In this document: piece after piece, positions 20,483-30,347 of the stretch
Position numbering within the stretch: position 1 is the stretch's first letter
Layout of the letters: every line of letters starts with the position of its first letter
Assembly (NCBI GenBank): GCA_963799845.1
Contig: CAWCYI010000004.1
Location: 1,024,001 to 1,088,000, forward strand
Direction: 5' to 3'
DNA: 64,000 nucleotides
From: an uncultured Nitrososphaerota archaeon
Lineage (GTDB): Archaea; Thermoproteota; Nitrososphaeria; Nitrososphaerales; CADDZS01
Notes under the pieces: generated by a model
Databases searched by the model: none
What the model was told of the DNA's origin: nothing
Seen by the model: only the letters and a program-made list of their open reading frames with translations
Program-made: the position numbers and the translations under genes

Positions 20483-22581
20483 TCAATAAGGGCAGGTGCT
20501 CCCCACGCACCCTCCGGAATATTCAGAATCAGCTACGACGTGTTTATCTCCATGTTGCTTTTCTAGCGCGTTAATTGTAAGTACCTGTTGAGACTTGCTT
20601 CCGTATCTGTAGACTGTAATTCCTTTGCAAATCAACCGCCAAGCCAGCAAGTAAGAATGCCTAACATCTTCGAGGCTGGCGTTCTGGGGCAGATTTACGG
20701 TCTTTGATACCGCGTTGTCAACATATTTTTGAAATTCTGCTTGAATTCGGACGTGCCACTCCGGAGAAATATCTAGGGCCGTCCTAAAAACATTCTTCAC
20801 ATTGGAGGGAATTTGATCAGAGCCCTGAACCGAGCCAGTTTCGGCAATCTTGAATATAAGATCCGATGAAAAGAAACCGCTTTCAATTGCAAGTTCTTCG
20901 AAGAGCTTATTGACTTCCAAGAGCTTGGTTCCCTCCATAATGTCCCTCACGAATGAAACAGCGAATAGAGGTTCGATTCCTGATGAACAGCCAGCAATGA
21001 TACTTATCGTTCCTGTTGGCGCTATGGTTGTGGTTGTCGCATTCCTCATCGCCTTGTAACCTTCTGCGTACCAAATGCTTTTTTTGAAATTTGGAAATGA
21101 TCCCCTTGACTCAGCTAGTTTCTGCGAAGTATCGTGTGAAGTTCCTTGAATCAATTTCATTAATTTGCGCGCCACCAAGAGCGCGTCTTCAGAATCATAT
21201 TTCACTCTAAGCATGATCAACATTTCCGCAAAACCCATAACACCCAAACCAATTTTTCTATTCGAGAGCGTAATCTTTGAGACTCGATTAAGCGGATATC
21301 TGTTTGCGTCAATTACGTTGTCCAAGAAGTGGATTGAATCGCGGACGACTTTTCGAAGTTTCTCCCAATCTAAGTCTCCATTTTTCACGAATTTTGTGAG
21401 GTTGATGCTCCCCAGGTTGCAGGATTCGTAAGGCAGTAACGGCTGCTCCCCACATGGATTGGTGGCTTCTATTGGCCCGACTCCTGAAGTTGGATTCGCT
21501 CGATTTATTGCATCAATGAATATCAGACCCGGGTCTCCGGTCTCCCAAGCTTTCGAAACAATCATTTCAAATATTTCTGAAGCCGAAATTTTTGCGACAG
21601 CTTTAGAGTTCTCGGATTAACAAGATCAATCTTTTTCCCGTTTAGCACTGCTTTCATGAACTTGTCATCGACGGCTACAGATATGTTGAAGTTTTGGAGA
21701 AATCCTGGTTTTGATTTTGCAGTTATGAATTCCATTATGTCTGGATGGTAGGCTGATAGGATTCCCATGTTTGCTCCGCGTCTTCTACCCCCTTGCTTGA
21801 TCTCCTCAGTGGTTGCATCGAATATCTTCATGAAGGAAACTGGACCGGATGCCACTCCTCCAGATGTTTTCACGTAATCTCCACGCGGTCTCAACCGGCT
21901 GAATGAGTAGCCAGTCCCGCCCCCGCTCTGATGGACTAGAGCGGTTGCCTTGACCGCGTCGAATATGCTAGAGAGATTATCTTCGATAGGAATCACAAAA
22001 CAGGCAGATAGCTGCCCCAACCGGGTGCCCGCATTCATTAGCGTGGGGGAATTCGGTAGAAATTCTAGTTTTGCCATCATGTCATAGAATAAATGTTCAG
22101 TTTCCTGAACATCAGTGGATGAATTGTATCTTTTGTCAACCTCCGCAATCGTACGAGCGACTCGCCTGAACAATTGACTCGGTGTTTCAACGACATTTCC
22201 GTTTTCGTCCTTCTTCAGGTAGCGTCGCTCTAAAACCTTGATGGCGTTCAGTCCCAGCTTGAGGTCGTCGACAACGCCAACAAGCTTTTTGGAGTCTCGA
22301 ATACGTGCTCGCTCATTTCTGTAGAGTATGTACGCTTTTGCGGCACGATCAAACCCATTCTTGATCAAGCAATCCTCTACTATGTCTTGAATATCTTCGA
22401 CCGACGGAATCCGGCTCCGATACTTTGCGTTGAGGTCTGAAACAACTTGATTGGTCAGACTTTCAACTGTGGACTCAGAGTACTGATTCACTGAACGAAA
22501 TGCTTTGCCTAGGGCGTTTGCAATTCTATCTTTGTTGAAAGCCTGGATACGGCCGTTCCTTTTCTTTATCCTAGAAATCAA
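20483..22581 (-). CDS. nrdJ: Class II (B12-dependent) ribonucleotide reductase with ATP-cone, one frameshift
   Basis: N-terminal ATP-cone, PNSPTLMNAG, LSACF, RRGANM, TNPCGEQPL, IAPTGT, C-terminal Cys pair. Frames join by adding one base in the T run at 21602-21604. Confidence 0.92.
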
Positions 22582-22634
22582 CTAAAATTCGCCACTTTTC
22601 CTTTATCGCCAAAGGCCGATGATGAGCAAAAGAA

Positions 22635-23075
22635 TCATTCGAAGATAGTTTGGTATTCAGCTCTTGCAGCCGCAGCAAGCATCGGCTCTTTTCTTGCCTT
22701 CGCACTCAAGAACTTTGCAAAGTCAGTAGTAGTGAGCATTCCGACAACTCGTGAATGGTCTCTAACTGGGAGCCTCCTAATTCCATTCTTTATCATGAGC
22801 TTCGCAGCCTCGGAAACCGGAGCCCGAGGTGAGATAGCAATTACGGGTGTAGTCATGATCTGCGACACTTGGGTCTTTTGGAATGATCTTCCTTCGGCAA
22901 CAACTCTGTGAACGATGTCTCTCTCTGTAACTATGCCAACAAGAATACCTCGATTCATCACAACTAGACATCCGCTGTGAACCTCTTTCATTCTCTCGGC
23001 TGCATTTTTGACGGTTGCATCAGGACGAATGGAATGTATTACATTTTTCGTCATCAGGTCCGTTACATTAACCAT
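22635..23075 (-). CDS. Two-CBS-domain protein (Rv2626c/Hrp1-like)
   Basis: GIVTERDI, IRRLPV, VGMLTTTD. Confidence 0.9.
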   Translation of the reverse strand: MVNVTDLMTKNVIHSIRPDATVKNAAERMKEVHSGCLVVMNRGILVGIVTERDIVHRVVAEGRSFQKTQVSQIMTTPVIAISPRAPVSEAAKLMIKNGIRRLPVRDHSRVVGMLTTTDFAKFLSAKARKEPMLAAAARAEYQTIFE

Positions 23076-23130
23076 AACCCAAAGACACTCTCCCGTAAGC
23101 AAAGACGGGATTCAGAATAAAGGTGAGCTA

Positions 23131-23156
23131 GACGATCATCAATAATGAGAACGCAA
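23131..23156 (-). promoter_or_regulatory. Island box, copy 8 (CBS-nrdJ-capA run)
   Basis: + strand GACGATCATCA-ATAA-TGAGAACGCAA; TTTATT 9 nt further on the minus strand. Confidence 0.75.
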
Positions 23157-23341
23157 TTTCTCTTGGCAAAACTCAGTTTGTGAAAGAATTACTCAATCAC
23201 GATTGGCTTTTGCCCAAACTGTCTTAATTCAACTAATTCCTCTTTTGCCAATTCATCCAGGTAATGGAGAGCCAACAAGGTATCATCTCTGTTGACAATA
23301 TCAAGTGCCATTTCAAGATTGGTTGTTATCCTGATTTGCAG

Positions 23342-23367
23342 CTCCTTTTTCAGTATTGATAATCGTC
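23342..23367 (+). promoter_or_regulatory. Island box, copy 9 (dnaK)
   Basis: CTCCTTTTTCA-GTAT-TGATAATCGTC, then 8 nt, then TTAAAT. Confidence 0.75.
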
Positions 23368-23404
23368 TACCGGACTTAAATCCCCGGGCTATCTTTGCAA
23401 ATCC

Positions 23405-25289
23405 TTGGAAAAGAGAGAATCATCGGAGATGGCCAAAGTGAGCGATGCCGGTCAAAGTCAGAAAATCCTTGGAATAGATCTCGGAACGACAAATTCTGCT
23501 GGTGCCATAATGGAAGCTGGTCGTGCACTCACGATACCCAGTGCTGAGGGTCCAACTATAGCTGGAAAAATGTTCCCCTCAGTTGTGGCATTTACGAAAG
23601 AAGGACAACTGTTAGTGGGCGAACCCGCAAAGAGACTTTCTGTCTCAAACCCGGAATCTACAATATTTGAAATCAAGAGGAAAATGGGTACCGATTACAA
23701 AGTCAGAGTGGCTGGAAAAGAATTCACCCCACAGCAAATCTCGGCTTTTATTCTTCAAAAGATCAAGAAAGATGCAGAGAGTTATCTTGGATTTCCTATA
23801 AAAAAAACAGTAATTACTGTCCCTGCCAATTTCAATGATAATCAACGCCAAGCTACCAAGGACGCGGGGGAAATAGCGGGGCTTGAAGTAGTAAGGATAA
23901 TCAACGAGCCGACGGCAGCTTCTCTTGCCTACGGTCTTGACAAAGCTGGTAAAGATCTCAAGATAATGGTTTTCAGCTTTGGAGGAGGGACGAACGATAC
24001 AACTCTGATGGACTTTGGTGGAGGAGTCTTCCAAGTCGTTGCGACGAGTGGAGACACGCAAACTGGGGGAACAGACATCGACAGCGCAGTCGTAGAGTAC
24101 CTCATCGAAAGTTTCCGCTCCCAGACTGGCCTCGACCCTCACAACGATGTCACAGCCATGGTCAGATTAAAGGAAGCCGCCGAGAAAGCCAAGATCGAAC
24201 TTTCGAACCTCTTCACAACTGAGGTCAACCTGCCCTTTCTCTTAGCAGATTCGAATGGGCCAAAACATCTGCAGCTCACCATGAGCAGGGCAAAATTAGA
24301 GCAGCTCTCTCTTCCGATTGTGCAAAAAATACGCGAACCAATATTCAAGGTCCTGTCTGACGCAAAGATAGAACCGAAAGATATCGACAAAATAATCCTG
24401 ATTGGAGGGATGACGAGGATGCCATTAGTTCGAAGGACCGTGGAAGAACTGATGGGAAAGGTTGTTGAAAGTGGAGTTGATCCAATGGAGTGTGTAGCCA
24501 TCGGTGCTGCAATCCAAGGAGCCATTCTTGCAGGCGAAGTTCGTGATATCGTTCTCTTGGATATCACTCCCTTGTCTTTGGGGGTGGAGACGCTTGGAGG
24601 CGTGATGACCAGACTCATAGATCGAAACACAACCATTCCGACGAAGAAAAGTGAACTATTCACGACCGCAGCGGACTCTCAGACGGCAGTAACTATTCAA
24701 GTGCTTCAAGGCGAACGGCCGATGGCGTCAGACAATGTTTCACTTGGAATGTTCAACCTCATGGGCATACCTCCAGCGCCGAGGGGGATACCGCAGATCG
24801 AGGTTACATTCGATATTGATGCGAATGGAATCTTGAATGTCGCCGCCAAAGACCTTGCAACCGGAAATCAACAGAGAATAGCCATAACTGCATCGACAAA
24901 GCTTAGCGAAGAAACAAAGTCAAAGATGATTAGAGAAGCCGAGCAATTTGCTGAGCAAGACAAATTCAAGAGGGAAGAAGCCGAGATCCGAAACAATGCA
25001 GATTCTCTACTTTATTCAGCCGAGAAAACAAAGAAGGACCTTGGCGAAAAGATTAGCAAGGAGAATTTGGAACGCCTAGACAAAGTTTCATCAGAACTGA
25101 AACAGAAACTATCAGGAAAAGATGTCAGACTTATCCAAGCTGAAGATGGAAGAGCTCAACAAAGTGTTACAGGATATAGGTACTGCAGCTTATCAAAGAG
25201 TGGGCGAGCAACAGCAACGAAGATCTACAGATCAACCTTCGACTGAAGACAAGAAAGTGATCGACGCAGACTATCAGGTAGTCTCATAA
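23405..25289 (+). CDS. dnaK: Hsp70 chaperone DnaK, frameshift near the 3' end
   Basis: [45 protein letters not shown]. Removing one C at ~25136 restores the tail ...[14 protein letters not shown] at 25289. Confidence 0.97.
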
Positions 25290-25473
25290 ATTGTCACACC
25301 CAGCCAGCAACAGGGAAGATCAGAACAGTCTCTTGCACATTGAAAGGACTGAGCTGCTCAAGTTCCAATAACTTGTTTTATCTTTTCTGTGTCTGATTGT
25401 AAAGTCGCCTCCGCTACGATGAGAGAACAATTAAGGCGACTCACGTGATTCGGGACTGAAAATCCTTCACGAG

Positions 25474-25528
25474 ATCTTGAACGTCACCTTCAAAGACCTT
25501 GCAATGGGAAATCAACAGAGGATATCCA
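25474..25528 (+). repeat. Degenerate copy of a dnaK internal segment
   Basis: 47/55 identity by hand alignment to 24830-24884. Confidence 0.75.
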
Positions 25529-25773
25529 ATCGTGGACTGACGGGCATGAGTTCTCTTTCTCCATTTTCAATTCACATAGGATCGGTTCTCTTAGAGACAT
25601 GTTGTAGCAGCTGAGAACAAATTTTGATCCGCGCCTAATCATTGTTTCCTTATCCAGTCATTTGAGGGACACAATCATGAGACACTTTTCGATTCATATT
25701 TGCACAAATTATTACAAAAAATACATATCCTATAACTAAGATCAACTCGCTATCGAAAAAGACAGGGAAAAGT

Positions 25774-26001
25774 ATGACTGACAGTCACGCTTTCGTAATC
25801 TTAAGGATCCATACCAATTCTCCAATCAGAACTTCAAATTATGACAGAATTGAGGAAGGAATAGCTGGCTTAATCGGGGTTAAGAATGTTCAAATCAATT
25901 ATACAACGAATTCGATAAAAGTGGGCTATGATCCTAAATTACTTAATGTCGAGACGATAAGAGAAAGATTAGAGGAACTCCAAAAATCAGCTTCTCGGTA
26001 A
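25774..26001 (+). CDS. HMA-like domain protein without CxxC
   Basis: IEEGI..LIGVKNVQINY......V.YDP pattern of heavy-metal-associated domains; no Cys. Confidence 0.6.
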   Translation: MTDSHAFVILRIHTNSPIRTSNYDRIEEGIAGLIGVKNVQINYTTNSIKVGYDPKLLNVETIRERLEELQKSASR

Positions 26002-26075
26002 CTTTCAAGGAAAAATTTATGGCATGGGCACGAGTTATGCCGTCGGCATAATTACTGGTCGTCTCTATTTTAGGA

Positions 26076-26672
26076 ATGCATATAGCACGAACCACTAATG
26101 CGATTCCACCCTTGAAGCAGAGCAAATCTGACCGTACGATTACTAGGTCATTTCGAATTAGTGAGCACGCGCTAAAGGCGATCGAAGAAGAAGCAAAGAC
26201 TCACAACCTTAGCGTCAGTACCGTCATAAACCAGCAGCTTCTTGCTTTTGCCGATTTTGACCGCTTCGTCCGAAGGTTGGGTCTCATCAAAATCTCCTCT
26301 GGCACGTTTCAAAGACTCATCCAGGTAGCTCCGGACAAGGAGATAGAGGAAGCTGGCAAGGATGCAGGAGCGGATACGCCAAAATCCATCATACTTTCTA
26401 AAGAGGGGTCTCTCAACCTTCAGACTGCCATAACTTTCTTGCAATCGGTTTCAGAGTATGCAAACCTGTTTGAATACGGCGAAGTTGATTCTGGAGGCAA
26501 GAAAATAATCACCCTACTTCACAGACTTGGACCGAAGGGAACGCTGTTTTTCTCCAGTTACGTACGCTCGCTATTCGAGCAGATCGGCTATGTCCCGAAG
26601 ATCTCTGGATCGGAACATTCTGTCACAATCGAGATTGTCCTAGAACAAATGACGCGAAACGGTTCGTTTTAG
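26076..26672 (+). CDS. Archaeal RHH-type DNA-binding protein with C-terminal effector-like domain
   Basis: TITRSFRISE....IEEEAK..NLSVSTVINQ N-terminus; LLHRLGPK segment. Confidence 0.6.
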   Translation: MHIARTTNAIPPLKQSKSDRTITRSFRISEHALKAIEEEAKTHNLSVSTVINQQLLAFADFDRFVRRLGLIKISSGTFQRLIQVAPDKEIEEAGKDAGADTPKSIILSKEGSLNLQTAITFLQSVSEYANLFEYGEVDSGGKKIITLLHRLGPKGTLFFSSYVRSLFEQIGYVPKISGSEHSVTIEIVLEQMTRNGSF

Positions 26673-26752
26673 CACGTTCTCTTGCAATTTGTTGCCGAAA
26701 ATACATCAGCCTATTATATCGACGTACTTCACACGTGAATCGGTGGTGGAGT

Positions 26753-27172
26753 ATGGCTCTGGTTCAAGAAGTTGAAAGAAAAGATGCGGTCTTGCTTGCG
26801 ATGTCGGACGAATACATGCTAAAGATTTTGTGTTCAATAATGTCTGAAGCAAAATCTGTCGAGAAGATTAGTAGCGAAAATGGGATTCCATTGAGCACTT
26901 GCTACCGGCGGATTCGAGAGCTTCTTGCTTTCAGGTTAGCCAGAATAGAGCGCACGATAATCACCCCTGGAGGAAAAAAATACGAAACTTTTAGAAGTTT
27001 GATTTCTGACGCAAAGGTCAGTTTTTCGGCAGCAGACCTATCTGTTGAGATTACCCCCCTGAAGATTAGTCCCGAAGATAAGTTGCACAACATGTGGAAG
27101 ACGGCGAAAGGGATTGATCAAGAATCGTTAGAGCAGCAATCTCTGTCGGTCCTCGAAGTGAGAGCCCAATAG
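26753..27172 (+). CDS. Winged-helix (ArsR-like) transcription regulator
   Basis: AMSDEY..KIL....KSVEKIS.ENGIPLSTCYRRIREL and wing PGGKK. Confidence 0.8.
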   Translation: MALVQEVERKDAVLLAMSDEYMLKILCSIMSEAKSVEKISSENGIPLSTCYRRIRELLAFRLARIERTIITPGGKKYETFRSLISDAKVSFSAADLSVEITPLKISPEDKLHNMWKTAKGIDQESLEQQSLSVLEVRAQ

Positions 27173-27187
27173 AAGGGTAGAAGCAAG

Positions 27188-27382
27188 ATGTCACAGATAC
27201 AAGTACAAAAAACCGTGCGTTTGAGCTATGCTCCCTGCGCCAAGTGTGAAAAACATCCAAACTATCCGGAATTGCTACCCGTGACTCTCCATAAGGGCGA
27301 CACATGCCTAAATTGCGAACAACTTCTTGAAACAATGCCAGTCTCTAATAAAACTAATCGAGTAGATTCCATTTTTGAATAA
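27188..27382 (+). CDS. Small CxxC...CxxC zinc-finger-like protein
   Basis: CAKC and CLNC in 64 aa, 15 nt after the HTH gene. Confidence 0.6.
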   Translation: MSQIQVQKTVRLSYAPCAKCEKHPNYPELLPVTLHKGDTCLNCEQLLETMPVSNKTNRVDSIFE

Positions 27383-27553
27383 GGATGGTCAGCTGGTTCG
27401 TCGGAGTTTGTCCTGCGATACACAGATATTTTCATAGGGAATTCAATTCGTATTCGAGACCAAGCTGGACAAGTATGTGAATTGTAAGTCGTCAGCAGCT
27501 CTGTCGCAGTTAGCTGCTATGGCTATTCCAGATTCCTATAGCGCGTTCATTTT

Positions 27554-27751
27554 TCAAAAACCAACTTTCTCCAGCAGTTTGAGCATTTCTTCGTCTCCTC
27601 CGGCCGGTGGCTTCCAGTCCACATTAATCACCTCAATGTTCTGAGAATGCAGGTCATCTGCGAATGTCGATATCCCGATATTCACGACTTTCAGTTGTTC
27701 TGCCAATAGATTCGTTTTTTTCTCCTCTACTCCCTTCTTACTTTCAATCAT
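27554..27751 (-). CDS. FdrA C-terminal domain protein (split FdrA tail)
   Basis: VVNIGI..FADDL..Q...VI.VDWKPPAGG; ATG 27751 preferred over track start. Confidence 0.85.
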   Translation of the reverse strand: MIESKKGVEEKKTNLLAEQLKVVNIGISTFADDLHSQNIEVINVDWKPPAGGDEEMLKLLEKVGF

Positions 27752-27776
27752 CTTAATCCAAACCTTTCCTCTGGAA

Positions 27777-29336
27777 TTACGATTCAATGCTCCTTCCGGT
27801 CGCAATGAGACCCGCGAGCTTTGAAGCCTGAACGTTGCTTGGCATGATAAGTACGTCAGCATCAACGAGACTTTTCTCTTGTTTTGCAAGATCCTGAAAG
27901 TCACCATCCGTCCCAACAATGGAAGCAACAAAGACTAGATGGCGGCCGTTATTTTCTGCCAGATCTCTAGCTTTGAGGATAACCGGAACAAGCTGCCCCG
28001 CAGGATCGGGATTCGAACCGTATCCTAGTTCCACATCGAGAAGAATGACCGCGGTCTCCGGATCCTTGGCTTCTTGGAGAATCCGCATGTTCCGCACGGT
28101 AAAGTCCATCATTGGATGCGCCCTTCCCACGACAAACTCCTCGGCGCCCATATCTATGCATGTGTGCTTCTTGCTCGGCGCATCGCCAGGTACTTTGTTC
28201 TCCGCGTTGATTGGCGCATTCGAGTACACGGTGCCGATTAGCGGTTCGAGAACAACCTGTGATTCATAGCAAAGGGTTCCGCCCGAAAAAAGACCGCGAA
28301 CGTATCTTTGGCTCCCAGCGAGCTTTTCATGTTCCCCCAACCCGAGAAGGACTATTTCCTTTGAAAAACGGTCTACTTCACCGAAGGACTTTACACCGGA
28401 GAGTTCACAAGCAACTCTTGCTGCATCTTCAAGAGTATTTGCGAGTCTAAGCTGCCCGAGCATTCTTTGATCTACATTTGCTCCAAGAAAGTTCACGAGA
28501 ACAGGCTTCTTGCACTGTTGGGCGACTGTCAGAACTTTTTCCATCGCGTTCGGACCGGGCGGCTTTGAGATGAGCACTATCATTTTTGTTTGTTCGTCTG
28601 CCTCGAGCATCTCAATCCCCTGAATCATTGTTATTCCTCCGACCACTTCTGAGAGGTCTCCCCCGCCTGTACCGATAGCTTGCGATATCCCGAAACCGCT
28701 CTTATGAATTAGAGTGGCAACTTCTTGCAAGCCGGTTCCAGACGCGGAGACTAGCCCAATTGAACCTTCGCGAATTGTGTTTCCAAATCCCAATACTTTG
28801 TGATTGATTATGGATGTTCCGCAATCGGGACCCATGACTAAGAGTCCCTTGTCCCGTGCCACTTGCTTGAGATTAAGTTCGTCTTCGCGTGAGACATTGC
28901 TGCTGAATAGGAAAACATTCAGACCTCTTCCCAGCGCCTTCGAGGCTTCCCTCTTCGCGAACTGACCCGGTACCGAGATCACGACCAAATTAGCATCTGG
29001 CATCAACTCAAGCGCATCATCGAGCGACGCTGGAAGTGCTTTCTCCCCAGCCGGTTTCTCGCCTGAAGAAAGAAGCATTTTATCTGTCTCTACTAGAGCA
29101 GAGTCAAGCGATGCCTCGTTTTTGGCCCCGATTGCTATGATCATATCGTCGCTCGCTGCCCGATCGATCGCGGGATCTTTGAACCCGGCTTCCGATAACA
29201 CACGACGGTTCAACTCGGTAGCCATCACAACAGCAGCCTGCGTGACCCCTGGCAGTTTGGACAAACCGTCCGAGATTTTCATTAGACTGATTGAGTCTCT
29301 GTAAGTCGCTTTCTTCACGAGTACTTTGGTTGTCAT
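27777..29336 (-). CDS. fdrA: FdrA/YahF acyl-CoA-synthetase-like protein (AllF-like)
   Basis: YRDSISLM, MGPDCGT, ASGTGLQE, RGLFSGGTLC, GRAHPMMD. Confidence 0.92.
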   Translation of the reverse strand: MTTKVLVKKATYRDSISLMKISDGLSKLPGVTQAAVVMATELNRRVLSEAGFKDPAIDRAASDDMIIAIGAKNEASLDSALVETDKMLLSSGEKPAGEKALPASLDDALELMPDANLVVISVPGQFAKREASKALGRGLNVFLFSSNVSREDELNLKQVARDKGLLVMGPDCGTSIINHKVLGFGNTIREGSIGLVSASGTGLQEVATLIHKSGFGISQAIGTGGGDLSEVVGGITMIQGIEMLEADEQTKMIVLISKPPGPNAMEKVLTVAQQCKKPVLVNFLGANVDQRMLGQLRLANTLEDAARVACELSGVKSFGEVDRFSKEIVLLGLGEHEKLAGSQRYVRGLFSGGTLCYESQVVLEPLIGTVYSNAPINAENKVPGDAPSKKHTCIDMGAEEFVVGRAHPMMDFTVRNMRILQEAKDPETAVILLDVELGYGSNPDPAGQLVPVILKARDLAENNGRHLVFVASIVGTDGDFQDLAKQEKSLVDADVLIMPSNVQASKLAGLIATGRSIES

Positions 29337-29338
29337 TT

Positions 29339-30347
29339 TTATCTCACAATCTTTCCTAAACTCAAGAAATTGCAACTTGTGCAGAGCATTGCCCCTAGAA
29401 CAATTCCTAATACGCCATCCGTTCCCGAAGTCTCCCCGACCGAAAGTAGGCGCCTAGTTTCTAAGCAGACTGAATTGATTTCCTTTGTAAGTATCGCTTC
29501 GCAGAGTCTTGTCACCGATTCATTCCCCCTTCCCAAAGCTGCCTGCGCCAAGTATTCTTCGCTAAGTTTCGTCGTTCGGTTCTTGATTTCTCTTGATATT
29601 GCCTCCGCAATCAGGCGACTTTCATGCACAGCTCCGCCGGTATTTTTGGAATAGAGAAACAGAAGAAGAATGAGAGCAGCGAGCATGTCATCGGAGGAAG
29701 GTGTCAGCCCCGGGCCGAGGCCGATGAGTTCGCGCACCGACGCTCTTCAGCTCGTCTTCATTCAGCAACTTGATAGCATGTAGAAACCCAACTATGCGGG
29801 GCAGAGCCGAAGATGCAAAAATATTGAGACTCTTAGTGTGTACGGTATCCGCAGCTGCATTTGACTGGAACAGCGGAAGTAACTGCCCCAGCCCCGCCAT
29901 CTTTCCAAAATTAAGAGCAGTTTTCGCAGTAACCTCGATATTCGATTCAATCTCACTCCTCGGGAGTACTGGGTGAGAAAATGTGGTTATTGGTGAGTAG
30001 ATTTCTGCAGAACGATATGAAAGCCAGCATCGATCACCGAGCTTCAGGGCATGAGCCTTCACCGATACTTCGTCGCCCGCCCTAACTCCGAGCTGAGACA
30101 TTCGACACGCCCAAATTGGAAGCTGCAAAACGACGTTTAGAGGCCCCCTTTCCACCGAAGGTGTAACCAAGCTCACGAGCTTGCCATGAAAAAGTATATT
30201 GATGGCTGAATCAAACACCCCGTGAACCACGCCTTTCCTCGCTCTTTCGATGCGCGAATAAGCGACCTGTCCGATAGATGATGCTTCAAGAATGGGAGAG
30301 GCATTGGCATGTTGAGTTTCCTTGAATGTTAGGGCATTGGACATCAT
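29339..30347 (-). CDS. DUF2877 protein (YlbF/AllH-like), one frameshift
   Basis: LIGLGPGLTPSSDD and GETSGTD motifs; N-terminal half is in ORF 29688-30440, shift near 29738. Confidence 0.85.

Noticed and set aside
23458-24663. Long antisense ORFs over dnaK, and similar ones over other genes in the track
   Set aside because: Shadow frames of well-supported genes with no recognisable motifs
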